A DNA stretch of 64,000 nt, taken from positions 546,595-610,594 of the forward strand of contig OY970229.1 in NCBI GenBank assembly GCA_963714085.1, given 5' to 3'. The stretch comes from an uncultured Candidatus Micrarchaeota archaeon (GTDB lineage: Archaea; Micrarchaeota; Micrarchaeia; Anstonellales; Bilamarchaeaceae). Made by a program: the position numbers and the translations under genes. Within the stretch, counting starts at the first letter, position 1, and the number at the start of each line of letters is the position of its first letter. Positions 37,487 to 46,884 of the stretch are shown here, piece by piece. The notes below the pieces were generated by a model. That model was not told the origin of the DNA. It saw only the letters and a program-made list of their open reading frames with translations, and searched no databases.

Positions 37487-38569
37487 TCACCCTTTGATAT
37501 ATTTTTCAAGCTCGGCCCTGGCCTCCGGGTCGCTCATCTGTGTCGGGGGGTGCTTCATAAGGTAGGCCGATGCCGCGACTATCGGGCCGGCGAGCTTCCG
37601 GTCGAGGGCTATCTTCGCGAGCCTTACCGCGTCGATCACTATGCCCGCGCTGTTCGCCTTGTCGTCGACCTCTAGCCGGACCTCCATGTTGTAGGGAATG
37701 TTCGCCCACATCCTGCCCTCTATACGCATGAACATGAGCTTGGTGTTGCTCAGGAACGGGATGAAATCGGACGGACCGACGTAGATGCGGTCGTCCGGAA
37801 GCCTTTGGCGCAGCTGACTCTGCACGCTCTCGGTCTTGGAGATCCTTTTGGATTGTAACCGTTCCTGTTCTTTCATGTTAATGAAATCGGAATTTCCACC
37901 GACGTTAATTTGATATGTCGTCTCTATTTTGCATCCGCGGTCATCGCACAATTTCGCAAGCGTCCGATGGACGATGGTGGCTCCGCATTGGGACTTTATG
38001 TCGTCCCCTATGGTCGGGATTTTTGCTTTCCTGAACTTTTCCGCCCATTCGGGATTGCTCGCTATGAAGCTTGGCATGCAGTTGACGAATGCGACTTTCG
38101 CGTCTATGCAGACCTGCGCCCAAAACTGCGTTGCTTTTTCAGAACCGACCGGTAGGTAGGACACAAGGACCTCCACCCCTTTATTTTTCAATTCTTCGAG
38201 AATGTCTTTGCGCAATGTTTCAATCGCTTTGTCTGGAACCGCCACGATTATTTTTTCCATGTAGATTCCGATGCCGTCCAGCCGCGGGGACTGCATTACG
38301 GTGACGCCCCCCATGGTTGACAGTTTCGGGACCCATTTCACCTTGTTCGGCTCCGCGTAGACGGCCTGGCTCAGCGGCATGCCGACCTTCTTCGAGTCCA
38401 CGTCGAACGCAGCGACGAAGTCCAGGTCATGGATGGAATAGCCAGCTATGACCGGGTGCATCACCCCGATGACCTCCATGCCCGGGTTCTGCCTGTAGTA
38501 CTCGACGCCCTGGACCAGCCCTGCGAAGCAATTGCCAACCCCGACGACAGCGCAACGTATCTTTCCCAT
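37487..38569 (-). CDS. ino1: myo-Inositol-1-phosphate synthase
   Basis: VGVGNC, YLPVGS, GDDIKSQ.GAT, GGNSDF, ISKT.SV, GPSD, DKANSAG. Confidence 0.95.
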   Translation of the reverse strand: MGKIRCAVVGVGNCFAGLVQGVEYYRQNPGMEVIGVMHPVIAGYSIHDLDFVAAFDVDSKKVGMPLSQAVYAEPNKVKWVPKLSTMGGVTVMQSPRLDGIGIYMEKIIVAVPDKAIETLRKDILEELKNKGVEVLVSYLPVGSEKATQFWAQVCIDAKVAFVNCMPSFIASNPEWAEKFRKAKIPTIGDDIKSQCGATIVHRTLAKLCDDRGCKIETTYQINVGGNSDFINMKEQERLQSKRISKTESVQSQLRQRLPDDRIYVGPSDFIPFLSNTKLMFMRIEGRMWANIPYNMEVRLEVDDKANSAGIVIDAVRLAKIALDRKLAGPIVAASAYLMKHPPTQMSDPEARAELEKYIKG

Positions 38570-38632
38570 ATGAACACCACTATTTAATGAATGTTAAATA
38601 TATTAGGTTTTATAATATATTCGGCTGGGGCC

Positions 38633-40282
38633 TCAGGGACGGAAGCCCAGCCGGTAGTCCAGCTCGTGGTACTGGCTGGATTCCTCAGACGGATAGGAAT
38701 ACAACGTGAGGTAGAGGGTCGCGCTCGCGCCCAGCGAGGAGGGCACGTCCGTGAAATCGAGCTCCTGGTAGACATACGCGCCGGGGTAGAGGTAGCCGAT
38801 GTCGCCCGTATCCCCGCTGTCCACCGGATACTGCTTGCCATCCACGACCAGAGTCGCGTCGTAGACGTATAGGTCCGCCTTCTCGCGATTGCCGTTGGCT
38901 ATCGTCACATACACCGCGTAGTATGGCGTCCCATAATCGTCCTTGCTCATAGCGGCAGCAGTCAGGTTCACGGTCACGCCCCGATTGGATGACGAGCCGC
39001 TGATGCCCTTGAGGCCGGGCGCCTGCGCGCCGCCAGCTCCGTTGTAGTATGCACCCGAACCCGAATAATCAGGGCTCAGGAAATCAGGCACGAATATCTC
39101 CTGGACGTTGCTCAGCGTTGCAGGTGTGGCTTCCACGGTGAGGTTGGCGTAATCGGCGTATGATTTGGTGACGCTGCTCATCGGGATGTCGACAGAATAG
39201 GACTCAAGGCCGTAGAAGGGGTAGCCGGGCGTCTCGTGGAAATCCGCCACGTCCGCGACGGAACTGTAATTGAGCATCGTGGTGCCGTTGTCGTCCTGGA
39301 GCGTTATCGTCAGCGGCCCGACGTAGGAGGTCGGGAACCAGTTGGCGTCCATGGCCGCGAACGAGATGCTGAAGCTGTCGCTGGATTCGTTGTAGTCGCC
39401 CATTGTGACATCCGTTATGGCGATGGGGGCGCCGCCCTGCGGCACCTGGTTATCAGGAGATGCGAGCGGAAACGGCACGAACCGCCCTTTGAGCCCCGGG
39501 AAGTCCACGACCGACACCGCGAAGTTGAGGCCCACGTCGTAGGTGTATTTCCAGGCATTGATGCCAAGGAGCCTGCCGTCCGTGGAGAACATTCCCCCTC
39601 CGCTGTTGCCCGGGTTGATGGCGGCATCGGTCTGTATGGCGCTGTAGTTGCTGCCCATGTCGAGCTCCAGGGGCGTGAAGGTGCGGATTCCGGAGACTAT
39701 GCCCTTTGAGATGCTCCAGTTGAGCTCCTCGGGCATCCCGATGATCAGGACATCGTCGCCCTCCTGGGGGAGGGTGCTGGATAGGGGGACGCTGGAGAGG
39801 CTCTGGTTCCCGGTGTCGAAGACCAGGATAGCCAGGTCAAGGAGGCCCGGCGCGACCAGCCTCTCGGTTGCCAGGAACTGCTGCCCGGAGGACGTGGCGA
39901 TGGTTATGTTCTCAGAATCGACCTTGCCGGACAAGTCGGGATAGTTGTAATCCACCACGTGGCGGTTCGTGAGCGCATAGGCCTTGCCATTGCCCACCGA
40001 GTATATCACGCCTGAGCCGATGAACTCGAAGTCGGTCTCGTTCCATTCGTCCGGCTCGTGCGTGCCTGAATAGGTTACGGCGACCACGCTTTTCTTCAGC
40101 TCCTGTATCAGGGCCGGAAGCGCGGATGTGTTCGCCATCGTCTCCGTGACCACGGTCCCCGTATCCGGCGGGGCAGCTGATGCGTTGGGGGAGTTGACGC
40201 TGCTTGCGGGCGGCGCGGATGTGCAGCCTGCGATCAGGCACAGCAGGAACATGCACGCGAGAAGCGGGAAAAGTCGTTTCAT
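38633..40282 (-). CDS. Lipoprotein trypsin-like (S1C/HtrA-type) serine protease with C-terminal beta-sandwich domains, no PDZ seen
   Basis: Lipobox IAGC; triad TNRHVV, DLAIL, IQTDAAINPGNSGG; start reset to ATG 40282. Confidence 0.9.
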   Translation of the reverse strand: MKRLFPLLACMFLLCLIAGCTSAPPASSVNSPNASAAPPDTGTVVTETMANTSALPALIQELKKSVVAVTYSGTHEPDEWNETDFEFIGSGVIYSVGNGKAYALTNRHVVDYNYPDLSGKVDSENITIATSSGQQFLATERLVAPGLLDLAILVFDTGNQSLSSVPLSSTLPQEGDDVLIIGMPEELNWSISKGIVSGIRTFTPLELDMGSNYSAIQTDAAINPGNSGGGMFSTDGRLLGINAWKYTYDVGLNFAVSVVDFPGLKGRFVPFPLASPDNQVPQGGAPIAITDVTMGDYNESSDSFSISFAAMDANWFPTSYVGPLTITLQDDNGTTMLNYSSVADVADFHETPGYPFYGLESYSVDIPMSSVTKSYADYANLTVEATPATLSNVQEIFVPDFLSPDYSGSGAYYNGAGGAQAPGLKGISGSSSNRGVTVNLTAAAMSKDDYGTPYYAVYVTIANGNREKADLYVYDATLVVDGKQYPVDSGDTGDIGYLYPGAYVYQELDFTDVPSSLGASATLYLTLYSYPSEESSQYHELDYRLGFRP

Positions 40283-40431
40283 CGGCTGGCACACCACGTA
40301 TAGTACTGGCTGGACAACCGTTTTTAAATACCTCGGAACAGATGTAACGATGCCTGCACATGCCAGCGTATGGCCGCGGGCTAGACTCTCCTGCGGACTG
40401 GATTCCGCAGGCGACTGACGGAGGAAATACC

Positions 40432-41028
40432 ATGTATTATATGACGACGATAGAGGACAGGATAAGGATTCCGCCCTCGATGTTCGGGAGCACCATCAAC
40501 GACGCGGTACTGCGCATACTGATGGACCGGTTCGAGAGGAGGATCTACAAGGAGGCCGGCATCATACTGCTGGTAGTGAAGCCGAGGCTCACCTCAGAGG
40601 GCATAGTGATACCCGGGGACGGGGGCGCATACTACTCGGTGCAGTTCGACGCGTTGACGTTCATGCCACAGGTCAACGAGATATACGAGGCCGAGGTCAA
40701 GGAGATCGTGGAGTTCGGCGCGTTCGCGTCCATAGGCCCGTTCCAGGGCCTGCTGCACGTCTCGCAGATAGGCAGGGAGAAATACTTCTACGACAAGAAG
40801 AGCAGGACCCTCTCCTCCAGGGCGGAGAAAAGGACCATAAAGAAGGGCGACGCCCTGCTGGTCAAGGTCTCCACCGTGAGCCTGAAATCCACCACCGCGG
40901 ACACGAAGATAGGGCTCACCATGAGGCCGGACGGCCTGGGCAAGCAGGAGTGGATGGACGAGGCGAAGGCCAAGGCGTCCAAGGTTGAGAAGAAAGAGGG
41001 GAAGAAGAAGGAGGCTGATGCCAAATGA
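40432..41028 (+). CDS. rpoE1: RNA polymerase subunit Rpo7 (E')
   Basis: IRIPP..FG, PGDGGAY, EFGAF..IGP..GLLHVSQI, KIGLTMR..GLGK. Confidence 0.96.
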   Translation: MYYMTTIEDRIRIPPSMFGSTINDAVLRILMDRFERRIYKEAGIILLVVKPRLTSEGIVIPGDGGAYYSVQFDALTFMPQVNEIYEAEVKEIVEFGAFASIGPFQGLLHVSQIGREKYFYDKKSRTLSSRAEKRTIKKGDALLVKVSTVSLKSTTADTKIGLTMRPDGLGKQEWMDEAKAKASKVEKKEGKKKEADAK

Positions 41029-41210
41029 AAGCCTGCAGGACATGCCGTTACATCGTGAAGGAGCCCCATGAGAAGATATGCCCCAAATGCGGCGGGGAGC
41101 TCAGCGAGAGGTTCTCCGGTATGATAATCATACTCGACCCGGAGCGCTCGGAAGTAGCCAAGATCGCGGAGGTAAACGCGGTCGGCAACTACGCCATAAA
41201 CGTGAAATGA
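41025..41210 (+). CDS. spt4: Transcription elongation factor Spt4 (RpoE2)
   Basis: KACRTC...CPKCG, G.IIILDPE.SE.A, G.YA. Confidence 0.95.
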   Translation: MKACRTCRYIVKEPHEKICPKCGGELSERFSGMIIILDPERSEVAKIAEVNAVGNYAINVK

Positions 41211-41231
41211 TCGGTCCACGACGGTGATTCC

Positions 41232-42389
41232 CTGATAGAGAGCTCGAAACGGTCAGACCTGGTTTCATATCCGATACGCGACATCGTGCTCGAGGCGAAG
41301 GCGCTGGAGAGGAAGGGCACGAAGATGATCTACCTGAACATCGGCGACCCCGCGCCCTTCGGTTTCAGGCCCCCGCAGCACGTGCTTGACGCGGCCGCGG
41401 ACGCGCTGAAGGAGAATTACAGCGGCTACGCCCCTTCGGAGGGCGACCCGGAGCTCCGCGCAGCGGCAGCGGCCTACGAGGGCGTGCAGCCAAGCGACGT
41501 GTTCATAAGCTCGGGCCTCAGCGAGGGCATAGATTTCCTGTTCCAGGCGCTCGTGGACCCGGGCAGGAACATCGTGCTCCCGAACCCGACCTACCCGTTA
41601 TACCTGTCCAAGCAGCGCATGATGTTCGGCACCGAGGCCTTCTACGACTGCGACTCCAAATGGGAGCCTGACGCCGACTCCCTCAGGAAGAGGATAAACA
41701 AGCTCACGAAGGCCATATTGGTGATAAACCCCAACAACCCCACGGGCGCGGTCTATTCCAGGAAGACGCTCGAAACGATCGTGGACATCGCCGGCGAGCA
41801 TAAGCTCCCCATAATATCCGACGACGCCTACGAGATGCTGGCTTTCGACGGCGAGTACACCAACCTCAGGAAGCTCCACAAGGACGTCCCTCTGGTATCC
41901 GGCAACAGCATCTCCAAGAACTACATCTATCCAGGTGCGCGCGTGGGCTACCTGGCGTTCCACGGGGATGGCTGGGACCAGGTGAAGGACGCCATACAGC
42001 GCCTGTGCAACGCCAGGCTCTCGGTGAACTGGGAGATGCAGCGGGCGTACGTCGCCGCGCTCAAGGGCCCCCAGGACCACATCTCCAGATTCAACGCGGA
42101 ACTCAAGAAAAGGCGCGACCTCTTGGTCAAGCGCATCGCGGGCATAGAAGGGCTCTCGGTTGCCGCTCCCAGGGGCGCGTTCTACGCGTTCGTTAAGATA
42201 GAGAGGAAAGGCAGGTGGAAGAACGACTGGCAGTTCGTGCGGGAGCTGCTCAAAGAGGGCGTCGTAGTGGTGCCAGGCTCGGGCTTCACCTCGGACCAGA
42301 GCACCATGGCGTTCCGCATAGTGTTCCTGCCGAGCCTGGAGCAGCTGGATTCCGCGTTCGACAGGATAGCGGCGTATATGAAGAAATAG
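41232..42389 (+). CDS. Class I/II PLP aminotransferase (alanine aminotransferase-like); probable CTG start
   Basis: Y.IRDIV, LNIGDP, INPNNPTG, SDDAY, SISK, PGARVG, GAFY. Confidence 0.9.
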   Translation: MIESSKRSDLVSYPIRDIVLEAKALERKGTKMIYLNIGDPAPFGFRPPQHVLDAAADALKENYSGYAPSEGDPELRAAAAAYEGVQPSDVFISSGLSEGIDFLFQALVDPGRNIVLPNPTYPLYLSKQRMMFGTEAFYDCDSKWEPDADSLRKRINKLTKAILVINPNNPTGAVYSRKTLETIVDIAGEHKLPIISDDAYEMLAFDGEYTNLRKLHKDVPLVSGNSISKNYIYPGARVGYLAFHGDGWDQVKDAIQRLCNARLSVNWEMQRAYVAALKGPQDHISRFNAELKKRRDLLVKRIAGIEGLSVAAPRGAFYAFVKIERKGRWKNDWQFVRELLKEGVVVVPGSGFTSDQSTMAFRIVFLPSLEQLDSAFDRIAAYMKK

Positions 42390-42395
42390 GCGCCT

Positions 42396-44714
42396 TCATT
42401 TCGTCTTCTTAGGCACGGGCTCCGGCTCGACCTCTTCTTCCTCGCCGGCGGACAGCCTCCTCGATGCGAGCTCCTCTTTCAGCACCTGCTTGTAGATGGC
42501 GGGCCATCTCTTCTGCGCCTCCTTGTAGTCGATGCTGCCCTCCTCCGTCTCCAGCGAGCTCAGCAGCTTGTTGGCGGCCGAGTTCGCCTGTAGCACGAAG
42601 TCCAGCTCCAGGAGCAGCTTGTCCTTGAGCTCGACCGAGGACTGGTAGACGTCCCAGTAGACCTTGCCCTTGAAGAACGCCTGCAGGATGTACTGCTCCG
42701 GGGAGATCCCGGTCTCGTCGCAGCGCTTGCTGAGCGAGGGCGGTACGAAGGCGATGTCCAGGCTCTTTTCCAGCTTGGCGATGTCCAGCTTGCTGAAGTC
42801 GAACATGGACGCCTCGGGGTTGCGCAGGAACTTCGCCTCCCACGCGCACTTGTCTATGGAGTCCCCGCGCCTGAACCTGAAGATTTCCACGAACTTCTTC
42901 TCCTCGATGTCGGACTCGTACTCGAAGCCGAGCACCCTGTATATCCTGCCCTTCCTGCCGAACTTGACCTTCTTGAGGAAGGTGTAGCGGTCGGTGGCGA
43001 ACATGGACGCCGCGGGTATGTTGAACACCAGCTCGAACCTGTCCTGCACGTCCCTCAGCGACTCCGCGTGCAGGTTGTAGAGCAGGAACACGCCTGGTTG
43101 GGTGTTGAGCAGGTTGATGATACCCTGCACCGCGACACGGGAGCGCACCTCGTTGATTATGAGCGCGGCGTCGCCCATCCTCAACAGGGCGTTCGCCATG
43201 GACACCAGGTCCAGCTCCTTGGTGGTGCTCTCCTCCACGTCCGAGGACTGCACCCTGGCCGCGCCTATGTGGAAGCCGCGCTTCCTGAACGCGCGCACCG
43301 GGATCTCCTCTATGTCCTGGATGGGCAGTATCCTCCTGCGCGTGCCTATGGAGCTTATCTTGGCCGCGGTGAATGAGGTCTTTCCCACGCCTTTGAGCCC
43401 CAGCACGGCCTCGGAGCAGCCGAGGCTGACCATGACATCGTCGTAGCCGGCGAAGAAGGGGGACATGGAACGGTAGTCCAGGTACTGGGCGTAGGTGAAA
43501 GGCTCCTCCTGCATGATGCGCAGCGCGCCCTGGAGCTCGCCGAAGGTGGCGGGCGGCCTTTGGAGGTGGCACCTCATGGTGAGCCTTTTGAGCACCACGT
43601 CGATGATGGGCGAGGTGTCGTCGAACTTGCGCGTGCCCTTCATTGTGAGCACTATGTTCTTGAACGCGCGCTCGAGCAGGTCGCGGTTGTACCTGTACAA
43701 CGTGTGGCAGAGCCCGAATTTCCTGTGCTCTATGTAGATGGGCGAGTTCTCGCTGTCTATGTAGATGTCCGTGACGTTCTCCTTGTCCAGGGCGAGGTTC
43801 TCTATCGGGGCCCCGAGGCCGGTGACCCACGCGGCGCATTCGCGGCCCATGGCCATCGCCTGCTGCGGCGTTATCTTGATGCCTTCTATCATGGCCTGAT
43901 CTATGAAGAACTGGCGGTAGTCCCTGGTCTTGAGGTTCATGAGTATCTCGTAGTCCACGTTCTCGAAGCTCTCCTTGAACTGCTCGGTCAGCTTCATCTT
44001 CAGCATCTTCTTGAGGTCTGCCGACAGGCCGTCTATGCCGTCGTTCTTCTGGACGTAGAGGTAGGCGTCCGCGCCGGGCACCTCGTACACCTGCACGTCT
44101 ATGCCGAAGGGCAGGGAGTACGCCGCCTCCGGGCCCTTCATCGGTATAGCGTTGGGCGGGATGTCGAGCACCAACGACGTGACGAAGTAGAGGCTTTTCA
44201 GCCCTATGAGGTTCAGGAACGCCTGCCTGAAGTCCCCGGCCTGTTTCACCAGCTGGTAGAGCTTCGTGCCGAGCAGGCGCTTCCTTATGCCGGCCAGCCA
44301 TCCCTTGAAGGTCTGGTAGCCCTTCATGTAGATCGCCTTCTCGGGCTGCGGCTCGTTGTAGTTGGCCAGTTCCTGCTCTGCCAGGAGCGGGTTCATGAAC
44401 ATGTATTCGTAGAATTTCTTGATTACGAGGCGCCGGTTATCGAAGCCCGGGTCCTCCTTCATGCCGTATATGTCCCCGCGCAGGAGGAGCTGCTCGATCT
44501 GCCTGATGACGCCCGCGTATTCCATGAGCACCGCGGTCTTCTCCTCGTCCAGCTCGACCACAATCTCCTCGTCGTAGCGTAGGGTCTTGATGGGGAACTC
44601 GGTCGTGGAGAGGTCCTTGAGGTGGAGGTTGAGGAACTCCGGGGAAGCGAACTCGTAGGGGCATTTGGACAGGTCTATTATCGCCTTCGTACCTTCCATG
44701 TATAAGTTGCACAT
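42396..44714 (-). CDS. Type II/IV secretion (VirB11/TadA/FlaI superfamily) ATPase with long N- and C-terminal extensions
   Basis: D.NVTDIYID, Walker A GLKGVGKT, Asp box IQDIEE, LRMGD.ALIINEVR, His box LHAES. Confidence 0.85.
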   Translation of the reverse strand: MCNLYMEGTKAIIDLSKCPYEFASPEFLNLHLKDLSTTEFPIKTLRYDEEIVVELDEEKTAVLMEYAGVIRQIEQLLLRGDIYGMKEDPGFDNRRLVIKKFYEYMFMNPLLAEQELANYNEPQPEKAIYMKGYQTFKGWLAGIRKRLLGTKLYQLVKQAGDFRQAFLNLIGLKSLYFVTSLVLDIPPNAIPMKGPEAAYSLPFGIDVQVYEVPGADAYLYVQKNDGIDGLSADLKKMLKMKLTEQFKESFENVDYEILMNLKTRDYRQFFIDQAMIEGIKITPQQAMAMGRECAAWVTGLGAPIENLALDKENVTDIYIDSENSPIYIEHRKFGLCHTLYRYNRDLLERAFKNIVLTMKGTRKFDDTSPIIDVVLKRLTMRCHLQRPPATFGELQGALRIMQEEPFTYAQYLDYRSMSPFFAGYDDVMVSLGCSEAVLGLKGVGKTSFTAAKISSIGTRRRILPIQDIEEIPVRAFRKRGFHIGAARVQSSDVEESTTKELDLVSMANALLRMGDAALIINEVRSRVAVQGIINLLNTQPGVFLLYNLHAESLRDVQDRFELVFNIPAASMFATDRYTFLKKVKFGRKGRIYRVLGFEYESDIEEKKFVEIFRFRRGDSIDKCAWEAKFLRNPEASMFDFSKLDIAKLEKSLDIAFVPPSLSKRCDETGISPEQYILQAFFKGKVYWDVYQSSVELKDKLLLELDFVLQANSAANKLLSSLETEEGSIDYKEAQKRWPAIYKQVLKEELASRRLSAGEEEEVEPEPVPKKTK

Positions 44715-44773
44715 GAGGGACGATTCGCACTCTAGGATTAAAAAGGATTACGAGGGGCGCGGTGCGCGGCCGT

Positions 44774-45187
44774 TCAGCGCTTCTGCAGCGCTTTCAGCAG
44801 CGCTACTGCGTCCTCCCTGCGCCCGTACGGGACCAGCAGGTGGTCATGGTTGTAGGCCGAGAAGGCGTTGACGCTGATTTTCCCCTTGGCGAGCGCTTCC
44901 GTGACTTTCGCCAGGAAGCCGATTGCCGGGAGGGAGTCGGGGGCGAGCGTGATGAGGGCGAAGGGGCCTGCGATTGGCTTGCCCGTCAGGGAGGCAGCCA
45001 CGTCCTTCATGTCTTCATAGAACACGACGCTCAATCCTTCGCTCTCGCGGTATATGCAAAGGATATATTGGAGATAGCCGGCCAGGGCCATGGTATTGGA
45101 TTCGGCCACCGAAGCCATGAAGAACTTCCCGTCCTCGAGCCGCGGGTCCATCTTCTTGAGCATCGCCTTAAGGCCCGGTGGCTTCAT
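44774..45187 (-). CDS. ACT-domain protein (DUF2241/CASTOR-like)
   Basis: RESEGLSVV, ITL...SL.AIGFLA.V..ALA...IS.N..SAYNHDHLLVP. Confidence 0.88.
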   Translation of the reverse strand: MKPPGLKAMLKKMDPRLEDGKFFMASVAESNTMALAGYLQYILCIYRESEGLSVVFYEDMKDVAASLTGKPIAGPFALITLAPDSLPAIGFLAKVTEALAKGKISVNAFSAYNHDHLLVPYGRREDAVALLKALQKR

Positions 45188-45195
45188 CCAAATCC

Positions 45196-46884
45196 CTATT
45201 TCCCGGGCTCCTTCCTGTTGATTATCATGCCGACTATTGATGCGTAGGCGGGCCTGCTCAGGAGGTAGCCGAGCAGCGAGCCGAGTATGGTCGAGATCGC
45301 GAACCCGATGACCTCCACGAGGCCGGAGAAGAGCAGCGGTATCATGGCGAGCGTGGCCACGATCACGTTGGTCTTGATTATGTCGAACGCGTGTGCCATC
45401 TTCTCGTCGGTCTCCTCCCCGTCCTCCTTAAGCAGCTCGTCGGTGATGACTATCTGGGCGTCCACGCCCACCCCGATCGCAGCTATTATGCCGGCCATGG
45501 CGGCCAGGTCTATGGTGAAGGAGCCGAGGATGGAGAGCAGGATTATGAGCTCGGATATGGATATCGCCACGATGGGCAATGTCGCCCTTATGTTCCTGTA
45601 CCTGAAGCCTATGAGCACGGATATGGCGATGAGCGATGCGATGATGCCTATGAGGCTGAGCTGCAGGAACTTCTGGCCCAGCGAAGCGGGCAGGGTCGTC
45701 CTGGAGCCGAGGGATATCGAGACCGGGAGCGAGCCGCCCGTGAGTATGGACTCGATCTGCTTGACATTCTGCTGCACCTGGGCGTTATGGGTCGGGCCGG
45801 CAGCCACCGCGCCGCTGACCGAGAAATCGTAGTTCGGCACACCGGTTGCAAGTCCCTCTGAGAGCAGCGGGGACGAGAGCAGGCCAACGGCCGTGAGCTT
45901 CTCCACGGTGAGCACGCCGGCCCGCGTCCGGTTGTAGGTGGGCGTTATGTCGGCCTCGGAGAACTCCTTGACCGTGAAACCGCTGGCATTCAGGGCGGAG
46001 ATGAGCTGCGCGGACGCGTTGGAGGATATGAGCGCCACGGTGCCGTTGTCCTTCGGCGATGGCGTGGTGTTGTTGAGCGAATCGGTGATGTAGACCGTGA
46101 TGTTCCTTCCCTGGTCGAGAGAGAGCGCGTCGCTGAGCGCCCTCAGGACCTCCTTCTCGCTGGAATCGTCAGGCATGTTCTGCTTCAGCTCGGCGGTGCT
46201 CAGGAACAGCGCCGCGTCCGACGGCCTGTCCAGGTACATGTAAACAGGATAGTCGGCCTTGCCGTTGGCCACCGTGGCGAACTGCTCTGCGCCGTGGCGG
46301 TTCACCGAGAAGGACACGCCCCAGTCGGCCCTCTCCTGGGACAGCTCCTGCGCCGGGAGGGAGTTTATGGATGTGGAATAGATGTCGTCCCCGCTTATTG
46401 CAACGTGGCCGTCCACCACGCCCCAGTATACGCCCTGGTGCGAGAGGGTGTTCTCCACGAATTTGATGGTGCTGTCATCGGATGAGGGGATCTCCACGTA
46501 TACCTGGCTGTCCCCTACGGCGTAGACATTGGCTTCGGTGAGTCCGAGCACGGACACGCGCGTCTTTATGGTCTGCACGAGGCTGTTCATGGTGGTCGTA
46601 TCCACGGATTTCTCGAGCAGCACTGGTATGCGCGTGCCCCCTTCGAAATCGATGCCGTATTTCATCCCGTTGATTCCGATATTGGCTATGGCTAGCAGGA
46701 GCAGGAAACCCAGGCCGGCCAGCTTTATGTGGGGCTCCTTCCAGAACAGGCAGAAACCGCCGAATATGAAGAGCGCGAGTATGAGCAGGAGGCCGGCGTA
46801 TGGCGCATAGACCACTATCGACGAGAGCAGCAGGACGAATATGAGCGCCATCGCGAGCAGCTTCTTGTCGTTGAGCAGGTCCAT
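45196..46884 (-). CDS. secD: Protein translocase subunit SecD
   Basis: YGIDFEGGTR, L.GGSLP, IDLA..AGIIA.IG.GVD.QI.ITDE, GFA. Confidence 0.93.
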   Translation of the reverse strand: MDLLNDKKLLAMALIFVLLLSSIVVYAPYAGLLLILALFIFGGFCLFWKEPHIKLAGLGFLLLLAIANIGINGMKYGIDFEGGTRIPVLLEKSVDTTTMNSLVQTIKTRVSVLGLTEANVYAVGDSQVYVEIPSSDDSTIKFVENTLSHQGVYWGVVDGHVAISGDDIYSTSINSLPAQELSQERADWGVSFSVNRHGAEQFATVANGKADYPVYMYLDRPSDAALFLSTAELKQNMPDDSSEKEVLRALSDALSLDQGRNITVYITDSLNNTTPSPKDNGTVALISSNASAQLISALNASGFTVKEFSEADITPTYNRTRAGVLTVEKLTAVGLLSSPLLSEGLATGVPNYDFSVSGAVAAGPTHNAQVQQNVKQIESILTGGSLPVSISLGSRTTLPASLGQKFLQLSLIGIIASLIAISVLIGFRYRNIRATLPIVAISISELIILLSILGSFTIDLAAMAGIIAAIGVGVDAQIVITDELLKEDGEETDEKMAHAFDIIKTNVIVATLAMIPLLFSGLVEVIGFAISTILGSLLGYLLSRPAYASIVGMIINRKEPGK

